Positions 1 through 8,631 of a stretch of 64,000 bases of DNA are shown one piece after another. Origin of the DNA: an uncultured Verrucomicrobiota bacterium. Lineage in GTDB: Bacteria; Verrucomicrobiota; Kiritimatiellia; RFP12; UBA1067. Within the stretch, counting starts at the first letter, position 1; every line of letters begins with the position of its first letter. The notes beneath the pieces were generated by a model that was not told the origin of the DNA, did not search any database, and was given only the letters and a program-made list of their open reading frames with translations. The stretch lies in contig CAMOFK010000002.1 in assembly GCA_946613265.1 (NCBI GenBank), forward strand, positions 33,817 through 97,816, written 5' to 3'. Position numbers and translations under genes: made by a program.

Positions 1-3000
1 GGCGAATGCGTCTCGGTCGATACGGTGGCGACGGAGGAAGTCCGCACGCTTTATGCGAAGTGGCATGAGGAAATCGTGCTTTCCGGGCTGACGATTCTCG
101 GGCCTGCGGCGCTGACCTCCGAAGAGAGCGCGGCGTATTCATGCCGCGCGAACTACTCCGACGGCAGCGTGTCGGCCGTACAGGCGGATTGGAGCATTGT
201 CGCCGGCGGCGATGCCGCCGCCGTGGATGCCTCCGGCGTCGTCACGGCCGGCGCGGTTGTCGAAGCGAAGACGGCGGTGCTGCGCGCGGAGTTCTCGTCT
301 CTCGCGGCGACTGTATCCATCGCCGTGCGCCCGCGCACCGTGGAAGTCGCGTTCGAGGCGAACGGCGGCGAATGCGCCGAAGCCTCGCGAATCTATATCG
401 TCGGCGCGCGCTATGGCGCACTGCCAAGCGCCGTGCGCGAAGGGTGGCGCTTCGCCGGCTGGTGGACGGCTGCGGAGGCGGGCGAGAGGATTCTCGAATC
501 GTCCGAAGTCTCCGCCGCCGTGACGCGCCTCTACGCACATTGGGAAGAAACGGAGCCGGAGCTTCTCGGCATTGCAATCTCCGCGCAGGAAGGGGAAGCC
601 TCGGTGAAGAGCGGCGAGACGCTGATGCTCGCATGCACCGCGACATGGTCGAAGGGCGGCGAAACCGTTCAGAGCGCTCTCAACGGTTCGGAGGTCGCAT
701 GGCGCACGGACGACGCGCTCGCCGGAACGGTGGCGCCGGGCGGTCTTTTCAGCGCCGGTTTCGTGACCGCGCGGGCGATCTGCAATGTCGTCGCGGAATA
801 TGAGGGCGTGGAATCCGCGCCGCTGGCGATATGGGTGGAGCCGGAGAAAGCGACGGTTGCATTCCATGCGAACGGCGGCACGGTTTCGCCTGCGAGCGCC
901 GAGTACACGGTCGGTCTCGCCTACGGAACGCTCCCGGTGCCGGTGAACGGCGGGGACTACATTTTCGAAGGCTGGTTCACCGCTCTCGAGGGCGGCGCGA
1001 GAGTGACCGAAGAGACGATCTGCGAAAAGACCGTCGCCGCGCTCTATGCGCATTGGGCGAAGAAGGTTGTTCTCGAGGCGCTGGCGATTTCCGGCCAGAG
1101 CGTAGTCACGTCCGGCGTCGCATGCGCCTATAGTGCAACGGGGATTTACTCCGACGGTTCGGCGCTGCCGCTGACAGCCTGCGAGTGGGCGGTCGAGAGC
1201 GCGGAACAGGGCGCGTTCGCCGGAGATGGCGTCTTTACCGCGGCGTTCGTGCCCGGCGAGACGCGCGCAGTTGTCATCGCGAACCACGGCGGCGTGGAAG
1301 GGCGTCTTGAAATCCTCGTCGAGCCTCTCGAAGTTTCCGTGCGTTTCGATCCTTGCAACGGCGTCGTCCGCCCGGAACGCATGGCGTTCATCGCCGGTTC
1401 CGCCTATGGAGAATTGCCAACGCCCGTGCGCAGCCGTTACGATTTCGACGGCTGGTGGACGCGCGAGGCGAAGGCCGGCGAAAGAATCGAGGCGTCTTCG
1501 ATCGTCGAGCCTTCGGTCGATATTCTCTACGCCGGTTGGACGCCGGTGCAGACTACTCTGACGGGAATACGGATCGAAGGCCCGGAGACGATTACATCCG
1601 GCGGCTTCGCCGTGCTGACCTGCAAGGCGGTGTATTCGGACGGGAGCGAGGGGAGCGTCGTTCCGCAGTGGAGCCTTGTCGGCGGTCTCGATTACGCCAG
1701 TCTCACGGCAGGCGGCTATCTAGAGGCGGTGGAAGTGGATTCTGCACGCAGCGTTTCCGTTCAGGCAGTTTATACGTACAAGGGCGTGCGCTACGAAGAT
1801 TCGCACGCAATCGCGATCGTTCCAGGCACGCTGGCCGTCGATCCCCACGCGCTTTCCCTCGAAGCCGGCGAGCAGACCGCAGCCATCACGATCGACGCAT
1901 GGGGCGCCTGGACGGCGCGCACGGATGCCGGTTGGCTGACGCTCGAAAAGACTAGCGGCGCCGGTTTCGGCGAGCTGAAGTTCGCTGTCTCGGCGAACGA
2001 AGGCGCCTCGGAGCGCATTGCGACAATCACGGTGACGGACGGCGCTCTCGAAGATACGTGCGTAGTCAAGCAGTTCTCGCCCGTCCCGGACGAATACGTT
2101 TCCGTGACGCTCTGGCCGGAGATCAAAGGTCAGGGCGCGACGCAGCGCCAATATATCAAGGGACGGAAGTTCGGCTACCTGCCTACGCCCGTCCGGCAGG
2201 GCTATGCTTTCGGCGGATGGTGGACGAAGAAAGGCGGCAAGGGCGAGAGAGTCCACGCCATGTCCATAGTCACGGACGAAACGAAGACGCTTTACGCCTA
2301 TTGGGCTGACGTGAGCGTGGCGTATGCGCTGAACAACGCCCTCGATTGGGTCGAAGACGCCGCAAAGCCGTGGAAGTTCGACTACGCCGACGCTGTCGAC
2401 CGTAAAGTCGCGATGGTCTCTCCCAATCTCGGCAATGGCGAGGCATCCTCGCTGCGCGTCATCCTCGAAGGCCCTGGTGACATCTGTTTCTACTGGAAGA
2501 CTTCCAGCGAGCGCTATTTCGACACGCTCGCCTTCTACATCGACGGCAGATTCATTGCGGCCATCGACGGCGAGACGCCGTGGACGCGGCTCGTGCACGC
2601 CGTCGAGGGTTTCGGCCAGCATGTCCTCGAATGGCGCTATGCCAAGGACGGACAGGGCGCAGACGGAATGGATGCGGCATGGCTGGACATGGTGACATGG
2701 TCGCCAGACTATGGCGCGAACGGCATTGCAAGCATCCAAGGCGCGGGAGGCCGTTCGGTCCCCGAAAGCTGGCTTAACGCATACGGCCTCGAAACTACGC
2801 CACATGCGCTCGATGACGACGCCGACGGCGACGGCATGTCGAACTGGGCGGAGTATGTCGCCGGGACGGATCCTGCCGATGCCGAATCCAAGCTCCAAGT
2901 CTTCATAAACTTCGACGAAGACGGGCTCCCGGTGATAGAGGCGTTCCCCGATCTCGGCGATACGGCAAACCGCCGCTACATCCGCGAAGGGCGTGCCGAG

Positions 3001-3087
3001 CTGGGGTCTGACGAAGAAGGCTGGGAACCGGCCGACGAGACTATCCACCGCTTCTTCCGCGTTCGCATCGAAAAAAGCGAAGAATGA
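1..3087 (+). CDS. Surface protein, 5'-truncated at the window edge; frame open from nt 1. Repeated Listeria-Bacteroides (Flg_new / InlB B-repeat) modules, Ig-like regions, and a C-terminal Ca-binding-like DxDxDG motif followed by an FFRVRIEKSEE tail.
   Basis: Repeated ~70-aa units of the form NGG..YG.LP.P.R.G..F.GWWT......I.....V.....LYA.W, which is the classic List_Bact repeat. The first unit starts before the window. C-terminus reads DDDADGDGMSNWAEYVAGTDPAD. Confidence 0.7.
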   Translation, partial: GECVSVDTVATEEVRTLYAKWHEEIVLSGLTILGPAALTSEESAAYSCRANYSDGSVSAVQADWSIVAGGDAAAVDASGVVTAGAVVEAKTAVLRAEFSSLAATVSIAVRPRTVEVAFEANGGECAEASRIYIVGARYGALPSAVREGWRFAGWWTAAEAGERILESSEVSAAVTRLYAHWEETEPELLGIAISAQEGEASVKSGETLMLACTATWSKGGETVQSALNGSEVAWRTDDALAGTVAPGGLFSAGFVTARAICNVVAEYEGVESAPLAIWVEPEKATVAFHANGGTVSPASAEYTVGLAYGTLPVPVNGGDYIFEGWFTALEGGARVTEETICEKTVAALYAHWAKKVVLEALAISGQSVVTSGVACAYSATGIYSDGSALPLTACEWAVESAEQGAFAGDGVFTAAFVPGETRAVVIANHGGVEGRLEILVEPLEVSVRFDPCNGVVRPERMAFIAGSAYGELPTPVRSRYDFDGWWTREAKAGERIEASSIVEPSVDILYAGWTPVQTTLTGIRIEGPETITSGGFAVLTCKAVYSDGSEGSVVPQWSLVGGLDYASLTAGGYLEAVEVDSARSVSVQAVYTYKGVRYEDSHAIAIVPGTLAVDPHALSLEAGEQTAAITIDAWGAWTARTDAGWLTLEKTSGAGFGELKFAVSANEGASERIATITVTDGALEDTCVVKQFSPVPDEYVSVTLWPEIKGQGATQRQYIKGRKFGYLPTPVRQGYAFGGWWTKKGGKGERVHAMSIVTDETKTLYAYWADVSVAYALNNALDWVEDAAKPWKFDYADAVDRKVAMVSPNLGNGEASSLRVILEGPGDICFYWKTSSERYFDTLAFYIDGRFIAAIDGETPWTRLVHAVEGFGQHVLEWRYAKDGQGADGMDAAWLDMVTWSPDYGANGIASIQGAGGRSVPESWLNAYGLETTPHALDDDADGDGMSNWAEYVAGTDPADAESKLQVFINFDEDGLPVIEAFPDLGDTANRRYIREGRAELGSDEEGWEPADETIHRFFRVRIEKSEE

Positions 3088-3188
3088 GGAAGGAGCGAGG
3101 GTGGCGGAAACGGGGGACGGGGCGTTTGACGCGCGCCGTTTCAATCCGCAACCAAATTCCCCGCCGCGCGCCGCGCGGCAGGGAATTT

Positions 3189-3197
3189 TGGTATAAT
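3189..3197 (+). promoter_or_regulatory. Extended -10 element TGGTATAAT, 18 nt upstream of the smc ATG; implies a short or near-leaderless mRNA.
   Basis: Perfect TGnTATAAT. The same TATGGTATAAT word recurs before several other transcription units in this window. Confidence 0.45.
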
Positions 3198-3214
3198 ATA
3201 CGGCAATTCGAGAA

Positions 3215-6200
3215 ATGTACCTTAAGCAACTAGACATACTGGGATTCAAGAGTTTCGCGGACAAGACGCGCTTGACGTTCGAGCCGGGGCTTGTCGCGAT
3301 CGTCGGGCCGAACGGCTGCGGCAAGTCGAACGTGTCCGATGCGATTCGCTGGGTGTTGGGCGAGCAGAAGCCTACGGCGCTGCGCTGCTCCAAGCTTGTC
3401 GATGTCGTATTCAACGGCACGGACACGCGAAAGCCGCTGGGGCTTGCCGAAGTCTCCATCACGTTCGCCGATTGCGAGAAAGAGCTTGGTACCGATTTCC
3501 ACGAAGTGACCGTGACGCGGCGCGTGTACCGCGACGGTTCCGGCGAGTACCTGATCAACAAGAAGCCGAGCCGCCTCAAAGACGTGCAGCACCTTTTCAT
3601 GGGCACGGGCATCGGGACGTCGTCGTATTCGGTGATGGCGCAGGGGCAGATAGACGCCATCCTGTCTTCGAAGCCCGAGGACCGGCGCGCGGTTTTCGAG
3701 GAGGCCGCCGGTATCACGAAGTTCAAGGCGGACCGCAAGGACGCGCTGAGGAAAATCGAGCAGACCGAGCAGAATCTTCTTCGAGAAGCGGACGTCCTGC
3801 GCGAAATGAAGCGCCAGATCGGCTCCCTGCAGCGCCAGGTTGGCAAGGCGCAGAAGTACAAGGAGCTTCGCGACGAGCTGCGCGGTCTGGACATCTACGT
3901 CTCGAAGCAGCACATACGCGAATTCGATAGCGTGCTGGAAGAGAACGCGCGCAACCGCCGCGAGATGGAAGATGCGATAGCCGAGGCGAGCGAATCGGTA
4001 GCCGCCGCCGAAGCTGCGCAGCAGGCATTGCACGCGGAAATCCACGCCTTGGAAGAGCGTTTGCAGACGCTGGCTCAGCAGGAGGCTTCCGCATCGGGGG
4101 CGTATGCGCGTGCACAGGAAGTAATCGGCGTGAATGCGCAGCGCATCGCCGAGTACAGATCCTTCGCGGAGCGCGACGGCAGGGAGATCGCGGATACGCG
4201 CCGCCAGCTCGAAGAAGTCAAGATGCAGATGGAGTCGCTCGAGCAGAAGACGCGCCTGCTTTCCGAGTCGCTGGACGCGGCGAAGGCGGCTCTCGAAGAA
4301 GCGGAGGCGGCTTTCAAGGCGTCGCAGGCGACGATCGACGAAATGCGCCTGCGCACGCAGACTTCGCGCACGGAGAGCGTGCAGTGCGACAGGCGGGCGG
4401 CGGAAATCCGCGACGAGATCGCGCGTCTGGAAGGCGCGGAGCGCGAGGCGATCATGCGCTGCGAGCGCTTGAACGCCGACAAAGCGCAGCTCTCCGGAGC
4501 GGCGGAAGCGTCGCGCGCGGCGCTTGGCGAGATACGCGAGAAGGCGGCGGCCGCGCGCGCGTTGGAGAATGCGGGCGAGGAAGCCGTGCTCGCCGTGAAG
4601 ACAGAGCTTGACGCTTTGCGCGAGAAGATCGAGCACGCCCGCGATTCGCTCGGCGAAATGCAGCGTTCGGCGGCGGCGAAAGAAGCGCAGCTCGAAATGC
4701 TCAAGGACGAGGCGAAAGCGAAAGTCGCGCTCGAGGCGGCGCTGCAAAACGAGTGCGGCGCCGTGCGCATCGTCGCGCAGGAGCTTTCCAAGGGGGCGGT
4801 GCATGATGGCGACAGGCTTCTCGATCGCCTCGCGCCCCCGCAGGAAGAAGGCGCCGGCGAAGCCGTCGATCCGGTGCTGGAGGATTTGCTTGGCGACGTA
4901 GTGCTTGTGGGCGGCGAAGGAGGCGTCTGGCGCCCGAAAACGGGCATCGCGTCTTCGAGCGGAAGAATGTCGCCGATAACGGAAGCGGAAATGGCGCTCT
5001 CGAAGCTGCGCACGGAAATCGCGGAGGCGAAGGACGTCCTGGCCAACGGCGCGGGGAGAATCAAGGAACTCGCCGCGCGGCATGCGGAAGCCGAGGCGCG
5101 CCTGGCGGAAGCGCGGCGCGCCGCCGCGCAGTGCGAAGGCGAGGAAGCGATGGCGCGGCGCGATGCCGAGGCGCTCGATGCGCGCCTTGCCAAGGTCGCC
5201 GCCGAATTCGCGGCGGCGAAGAAAGCCACGGCGGACGGCGCGGAGCGCCGAAAGGTTCTCGCCGCCGAGCTGGAAGAGACGCTGGCGCGGCGCGATGCGC
5301 TGATGGACGCGATGGCGGAGATGCAAGAGACTCTGCGCACTCTGGAGACGGAGAGCGTGACGGAGTCGCAGCGGCTCACGGAGCGGAGAATCGCCGCCAG
5401 CCAGATGGAGCAGGAGCTTTCGTTCGTCGGGCGCCAAGGCGAAGGCGCGCGCGACCGCCGCGACGAGCTGGAGAGGCAGCTCGAAGGACGCGAGAGCGGC
5501 ATACGCGGCTATGAGGACTCGATACGCCGCCTTACCGAGGAAAGCGGCGATCTGCTGGACAGCCTCGATGAATTGAAGACGCGCGCGGAATCCATGCGCG
5601 CCATGATGGACGCCGAGCGCGCAAAGCGCAGCGGCATGATGGAGCGAATCACCGCCGCGGACCGCGAAGTCGCGGCGAAGCGCAGCGGCCTCGACCAGGC
5701 GAGGGACTTCCGCGGCAAGCTCGAAGTACAGGCGGCGGAGGCGACGATGCGCCGCCAGAACATCTACGACCACTTGAGCGACGAGTACGGGCTTTTCGCG
5801 GACGCCGTGCTGCACGAGCCGGATCCGGCGTGGAAGGGGGGCGTCGCGCCGCCCGTGCAGGAGCTGGAGGCGACCGTCGCGCGCCTGCAGGCGGACATCG
5901 CGGCGCTCGGCCCAGTGAACATGGTCGCGATCGACGAATGCCGCGAGCTGGAAGAGCGCTATTCCCGCGAGAAGGCGCAAGAGGCGGATTTGATCGCCGC
6001 CAAGGCGCAGATACTCGAGCTGATAAACACGCTCAACACGACATCGTCGGAAATGTTCCGCAAGACGTTCTCGCAGGCGAACGAGAATTTCCAGGCGATG
6101 TTCACAAAGCTTTTCGGCGGCGGCGAGGCGAGGCTGGTGCTGCTGGAAAACGCTGAGGATCCTCTCGAATGCGGCATCGACATCATCGCGCGCCCGCCCG

Positions 6201-6523
6201 GCAAGCGTCCGCAGTCCGTGACGCTGCTTTCCGGCGGCGAGAGGACGATGACCGCCGTGGCGCTGCTCTTTTCGATATTCTTGATCAAGCCGGCGCCGTT
6301 CTCGATGCTCGACGAACTCGACGCCGCGCTCGACGACGCGAACATCGGGCGCTTCGTCGAGCAGCTCAAGGAGTTTCTCGTCAAGTCGCAGTTCCTCATC
6401 ATCACGCACAACCAGCACACCATCGCCGGCGCCGATCTCGTATATGGCGTGAGCCAGCAGGAGAAGGGCGTAAGCCGCGTTATTTCGATGAAACTCTCCG
6501 ATCTGGGGGTAAAGGAGAAATGA
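3215..6523 (+). CDS. smc: Chromosome segregation protein SMC
   Basis: N-terminal Walker A FKSFADKTRLTFEPGLVAIVGPNGCGKSN. Long coiled-coil middle. C-terminal signature LSGGERTMTAVALLFSIF...LDELDAALD. 1102 aa. Confidence 0.95.
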   Translation: MYLKQLDILGFKSFADKTRLTFEPGLVAIVGPNGCGKSNVSDAIRWVLGEQKPTALRCSKLVDVVFNGTDTRKPLGLAEVSITFADCEKELGTDFHEVTVTRRVYRDGSGEYLINKKPSRLKDVQHLFMGTGIGTSSYSVMAQGQIDAILSSKPEDRRAVFEEAAGITKFKADRKDALRKIEQTEQNLLREADVLREMKRQIGSLQRQVGKAQKYKELRDELRGLDIYVSKQHIREFDSVLEENARNRREMEDAIAEASESVAAAEAAQQALHAEIHALEERLQTLAQQEASASGAYARAQEVIGVNAQRIAEYRSFAERDGREIADTRRQLEEVKMQMESLEQKTRLLSESLDAAKAALEEAEAAFKASQATIDEMRLRTQTSRTESVQCDRRAAEIRDEIARLEGAEREAIMRCERLNADKAQLSGAAEASRAALGEIREKAAAARALENAGEEAVLAVKTELDALREKIEHARDSLGEMQRSAAAKEAQLEMLKDEAKAKVALEAALQNECGAVRIVAQELSKGAVHDGDRLLDRLAPPQEEGAGEAVDPVLEDLLGDVVLVGGEGGVWRPKTGIASSSGRMSPITEAEMALSKLRTEIAEAKDVLANGAGRIKELAARHAEAEARLAEARRAAAQCEGEEAMARRDAEALDARLAKVAAEFAAAKKATADGAERRKVLAAELEETLARRDALMDAMAEMQETLRTLETESVTESQRLTERRIAASQMEQELSFVGRQGEGARDRRDELERQLEGRESGIRGYEDSIRRLTEESGDLLDSLDELKTRAESMRAMMDAERAKRSGMMERITAADREVAAKRSGLDQARDFRGKLEVQAAEATMRRQNIYDHLSDEYGLFADAVLHEPDPAWKGGVAPPVQELEATVARLQADIAALGPVNMVAIDECRELEERYSREKAQEADLIAAKAQILELINTLNTTSSEMFRKTFSQANENFQAMFTKLFGGGEARLVLLENAEDPLECGIDIIARPPGKRPQSVTLLSGGERTMTAVALLFSIFLIKPAPFSMLDELDAALDDANIGRFVEQLKEFLVKSQFLIITHNQHTIAGADLVYGVSQQEKGVSRVISMKLSDLGVKEK

Positions 6524-6530
6524 CGGGCGG

Positions 6531-8261
6531 ATGATGCAATGGATAAAGCAGCCGGGAAACACTCTCATAGCGCAATCGTCCATCGGCCATCTTGCAGGTA
6601 TTTATCCATTTCTTCTCACGGCGGACCGGGCGGCGGATGCAAAGGATGACAGCTTCAAAGAGAACGATGATGCAATGACAAGTGAAAATCCAGACAGAAA
6701 GAATTTCGGTCAATATTTCACGCCAAGAGATATTGCATCGTTTATGCTGGATCTTTCGCAAACATCGGCAAATGCAAAAGTTCTCGAACCATCATCTGGC
6801 GAAGGCGTGTTCTTGAATCTGCTGGAAGAACGCGGCTATGGCGACTTGCTTGCTTTCGAGATCGACCCTGGATTGGCGCGTGAGCGCAGATGTGTCAGAT
6901 GCGAAAGTTTTGTCAGCGCGGAATTGCCGCATGATTTCGATCTAGTCATCGGGAATCCGCCGTATATCCGTTGGAAAAATCTGACGCAAGAATTCAAGGA
7001 CGAACTGGCGGAAAATTTCCTGTGGCAAAAGCATTTCAACTCGTTGTGCGACTACGCCTGCATTTTCATGCTGAAAGGAGTGGAAGTCCTCAAGGAAGGA
7101 GGTGAACTGATATTCATCTGCCCCGAATATTGGATGAATACTACTCACGCGATTTCGCTCCGCAATTATTTGCTTGACCATGGATATTTTTCCGACATAT
7201 ACATTTTCAATGAAGCGCCTATTTTCAAAGGCGCAACGGTTTCGTCCGTCGTTTTCCGGTTCGTCAAAACCACGGCGAAGGAAAAACCGGCAATGCGCAT
7301 TGCAAAATTTGTCAAAAAAAGGAACATAGACAGCGACATATTGAAGAAACTTCAAAAACGAGAGCCTGTAAGCGATGTCGAGTATCTGGAACTCCCGCAA
7401 TTTGGAATTGGAGAACGCTGGGTGTTTGCCGCCAAGGAAGAAGCCGGCCGATTGAAGAGTTTGATGAAATCATGCCGGGCCGCAGATCAAAGCGCCTGTC
7501 TCGGCAACGATTATGCCATTGCCGCAACCGTCGGAGATGTATGCGATATTGGCAACGGAATGGTGAGCGGCTTGGACAAAGTCTTCCAGGTGCCCGGCGA
7601 CTTGCCTTTGACGAAAGACGAGCAGCACGATTCGATATGGGTTTACAAAGCAAAAGACCTGTCGCCTTATTTCGCGCTGCAGCCAACGCGATATGTCTAT
7701 GTCCCAGAAAACATAACCGAAGAATCAGAGTTTGAAAGATTGTATCCGCACTTCCACTCACTGATGAAACCATGTGCCGGACAACTTGACAGACGATACC
7801 AGTATAACAGCCGCATCCCGTATTGGCAATGGTGCTTCAAGCGAAACGAGAAGCTATTCTCTAGAAAAGAACCACGCATATTTGTGCCATGCAAAGAACG
7901 TATTTCGGCAAAATCATTTGTCCGTTTTGCTTTGGCAGACTCCGGCTTTTATCCCACGCAAGACGTCTCCGCCCTGTTCCGCAAGGAAAAGACCAAAGAA
8001 TCGATAGAATATATTCTTGCATATCTAAACCATCCACTTGTATTCAAATGGATAAAATACTATGGAATATCCAAGGGTAATATCGTGGAGTTTTCCGAAA
8101 AGCCGCTTTCCAGCATACCTTTCCGGAAAATAAATTGGGAGAATGAACGCGAAAGAGCGGCCCATGAAAGAATTACCGCATTAGTCAAAGAGTTGCTGGA
8201 CGAAAGAAAACCATCGCTGATTCGCGACATAAACGAACAATTCGAGGAGTTGCTGAAATGA
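6531..8261 (+). CDS. Gamma-class N6-adenine DNA methyltransferase (TaqI / Eco57I-like) with a C-terminal target-recognition region. A later start at 6675 (MTSENP...) is possible.
   Basis: Motif I VLEPSSGEGVFL and motif IV NPPYIRW in gamma order, with FTPRDIASFM upstream. The gene is about 43-45% GC against about 65% for its neighbours. Confidence 0.85.
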   Translation: MMQWIKQPGNTLIAQSSIGHLAGIYPFLLTADRAADAKDDSFKENDDAMTSENPDRKNFGQYFTPRDIASFMLDLSQTSANAKVLEPSSGEGVFLNLLEERGYGDLLAFEIDPGLARERRCVRCESFVSAELPHDFDLVIGNPPYIRWKNLTQEFKDELAENFLWQKHFNSLCDYACIFMLKGVEVLKEGGELIFICPEYWMNTTHAISLRNYLLDHGYFSDIYIFNEAPIFKGATVSSVVFRFVKTTAKEKPAMRIAKFVKKRNIDSDILKKLQKREPVSDVEYLELPQFGIGERWVFAAKEEAGRLKSLMKSCRAADQSACLGNDYAIAATVGDVCDIGNGMVSGLDKVFQVPGDLPLTKDEQHDSIWVYKAKDLSPYFALQPTRYVYVPENITEESEFERLYPHFHSLMKPCAGQLDRRYQYNSRIPYWQWCFKRNEKLFSRKEPRIFVPCKERISAKSFVRFALADSGFYPTQDVSALFRKEKTKESIEYILAYLNHPLVFKWIKYYGISKGNIVEFSEKPLSSIPFRKINWENERERAAHERITALVKELLDERKPSLIRDINEQFEELLK

Positions 8262-8551
8262 ACTCTTTTGTGGATTTCAATGCCATCGGCAATATTGTGC
8301 GCGGGCTTGCAGTCCCCAAACCCTTGTCTGGCACTTTGTCTGGACATGCAGCAGGCGAGCCGTTCGACAAAGCTGTTTACAACGAGCTCAAAAAGGTTTA
8401 TGGAGACAGGATTTTCAGGCAATACGAGTACCTCAACTTCAATTCTATGTCGCGGACTGCGACCAGACATTTTCAGAAGGCCGAGAAAGATGGGCGAGGG
8501 ATTATCTTCGGCATTTCGTCGCAGAGGCCGAAAGAAGAGTGTCATATATGA
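8258..8551 (+). CDS. Small 97-aa ORF translationally coupled to the methyltransferase (ATGA overlap). Possibly the remnant of a cognate restriction endonuclease.
   Basis: The start overlaps the methyltransferase stop. Same low GC. Weak PD...ELK-like stretch (EPFDKAVYNELKK). Too short for a functional type II REase. Ends in an AT-rich junction before ileS. Confidence 0.35.
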   Translation: MNSFVDFNAIGNIVRGLAVPKPLSGTLSGHAAGEPFDKAVYNELKKVYGDRIFRQYEYLNFNSMSRTATRHFQKAEKDGRGIIFGISSQRPKEECHI

Positions 8552-8631
8552 TTGAAACATTCGTAGAGCCGTTCAAGAAATACATCTGATATCTTCTGGC
8601 AATATTTCACAAAAACAACGAAAACGCGAAA

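Noticed and set aside
3230-6583. Very long antisense ORFs opposite real genes: 3230..6583 (-) opposite smc, 8542..11634 (-) opposite ileS, 48656..52084 (-) opposite the giant gene, 22218..24308 (+) opposite uvrD, 26103..28559 (+), 1720..3894 (-), 4075..5502 (-).
   Set aside because: Stop-codon-poor alternative frames are typical of 65% GC DNA. Their translations are Arg/Ala/Pro-rich low-complexity with no motifs, and each overlaps a well-supported gene on the other strand.
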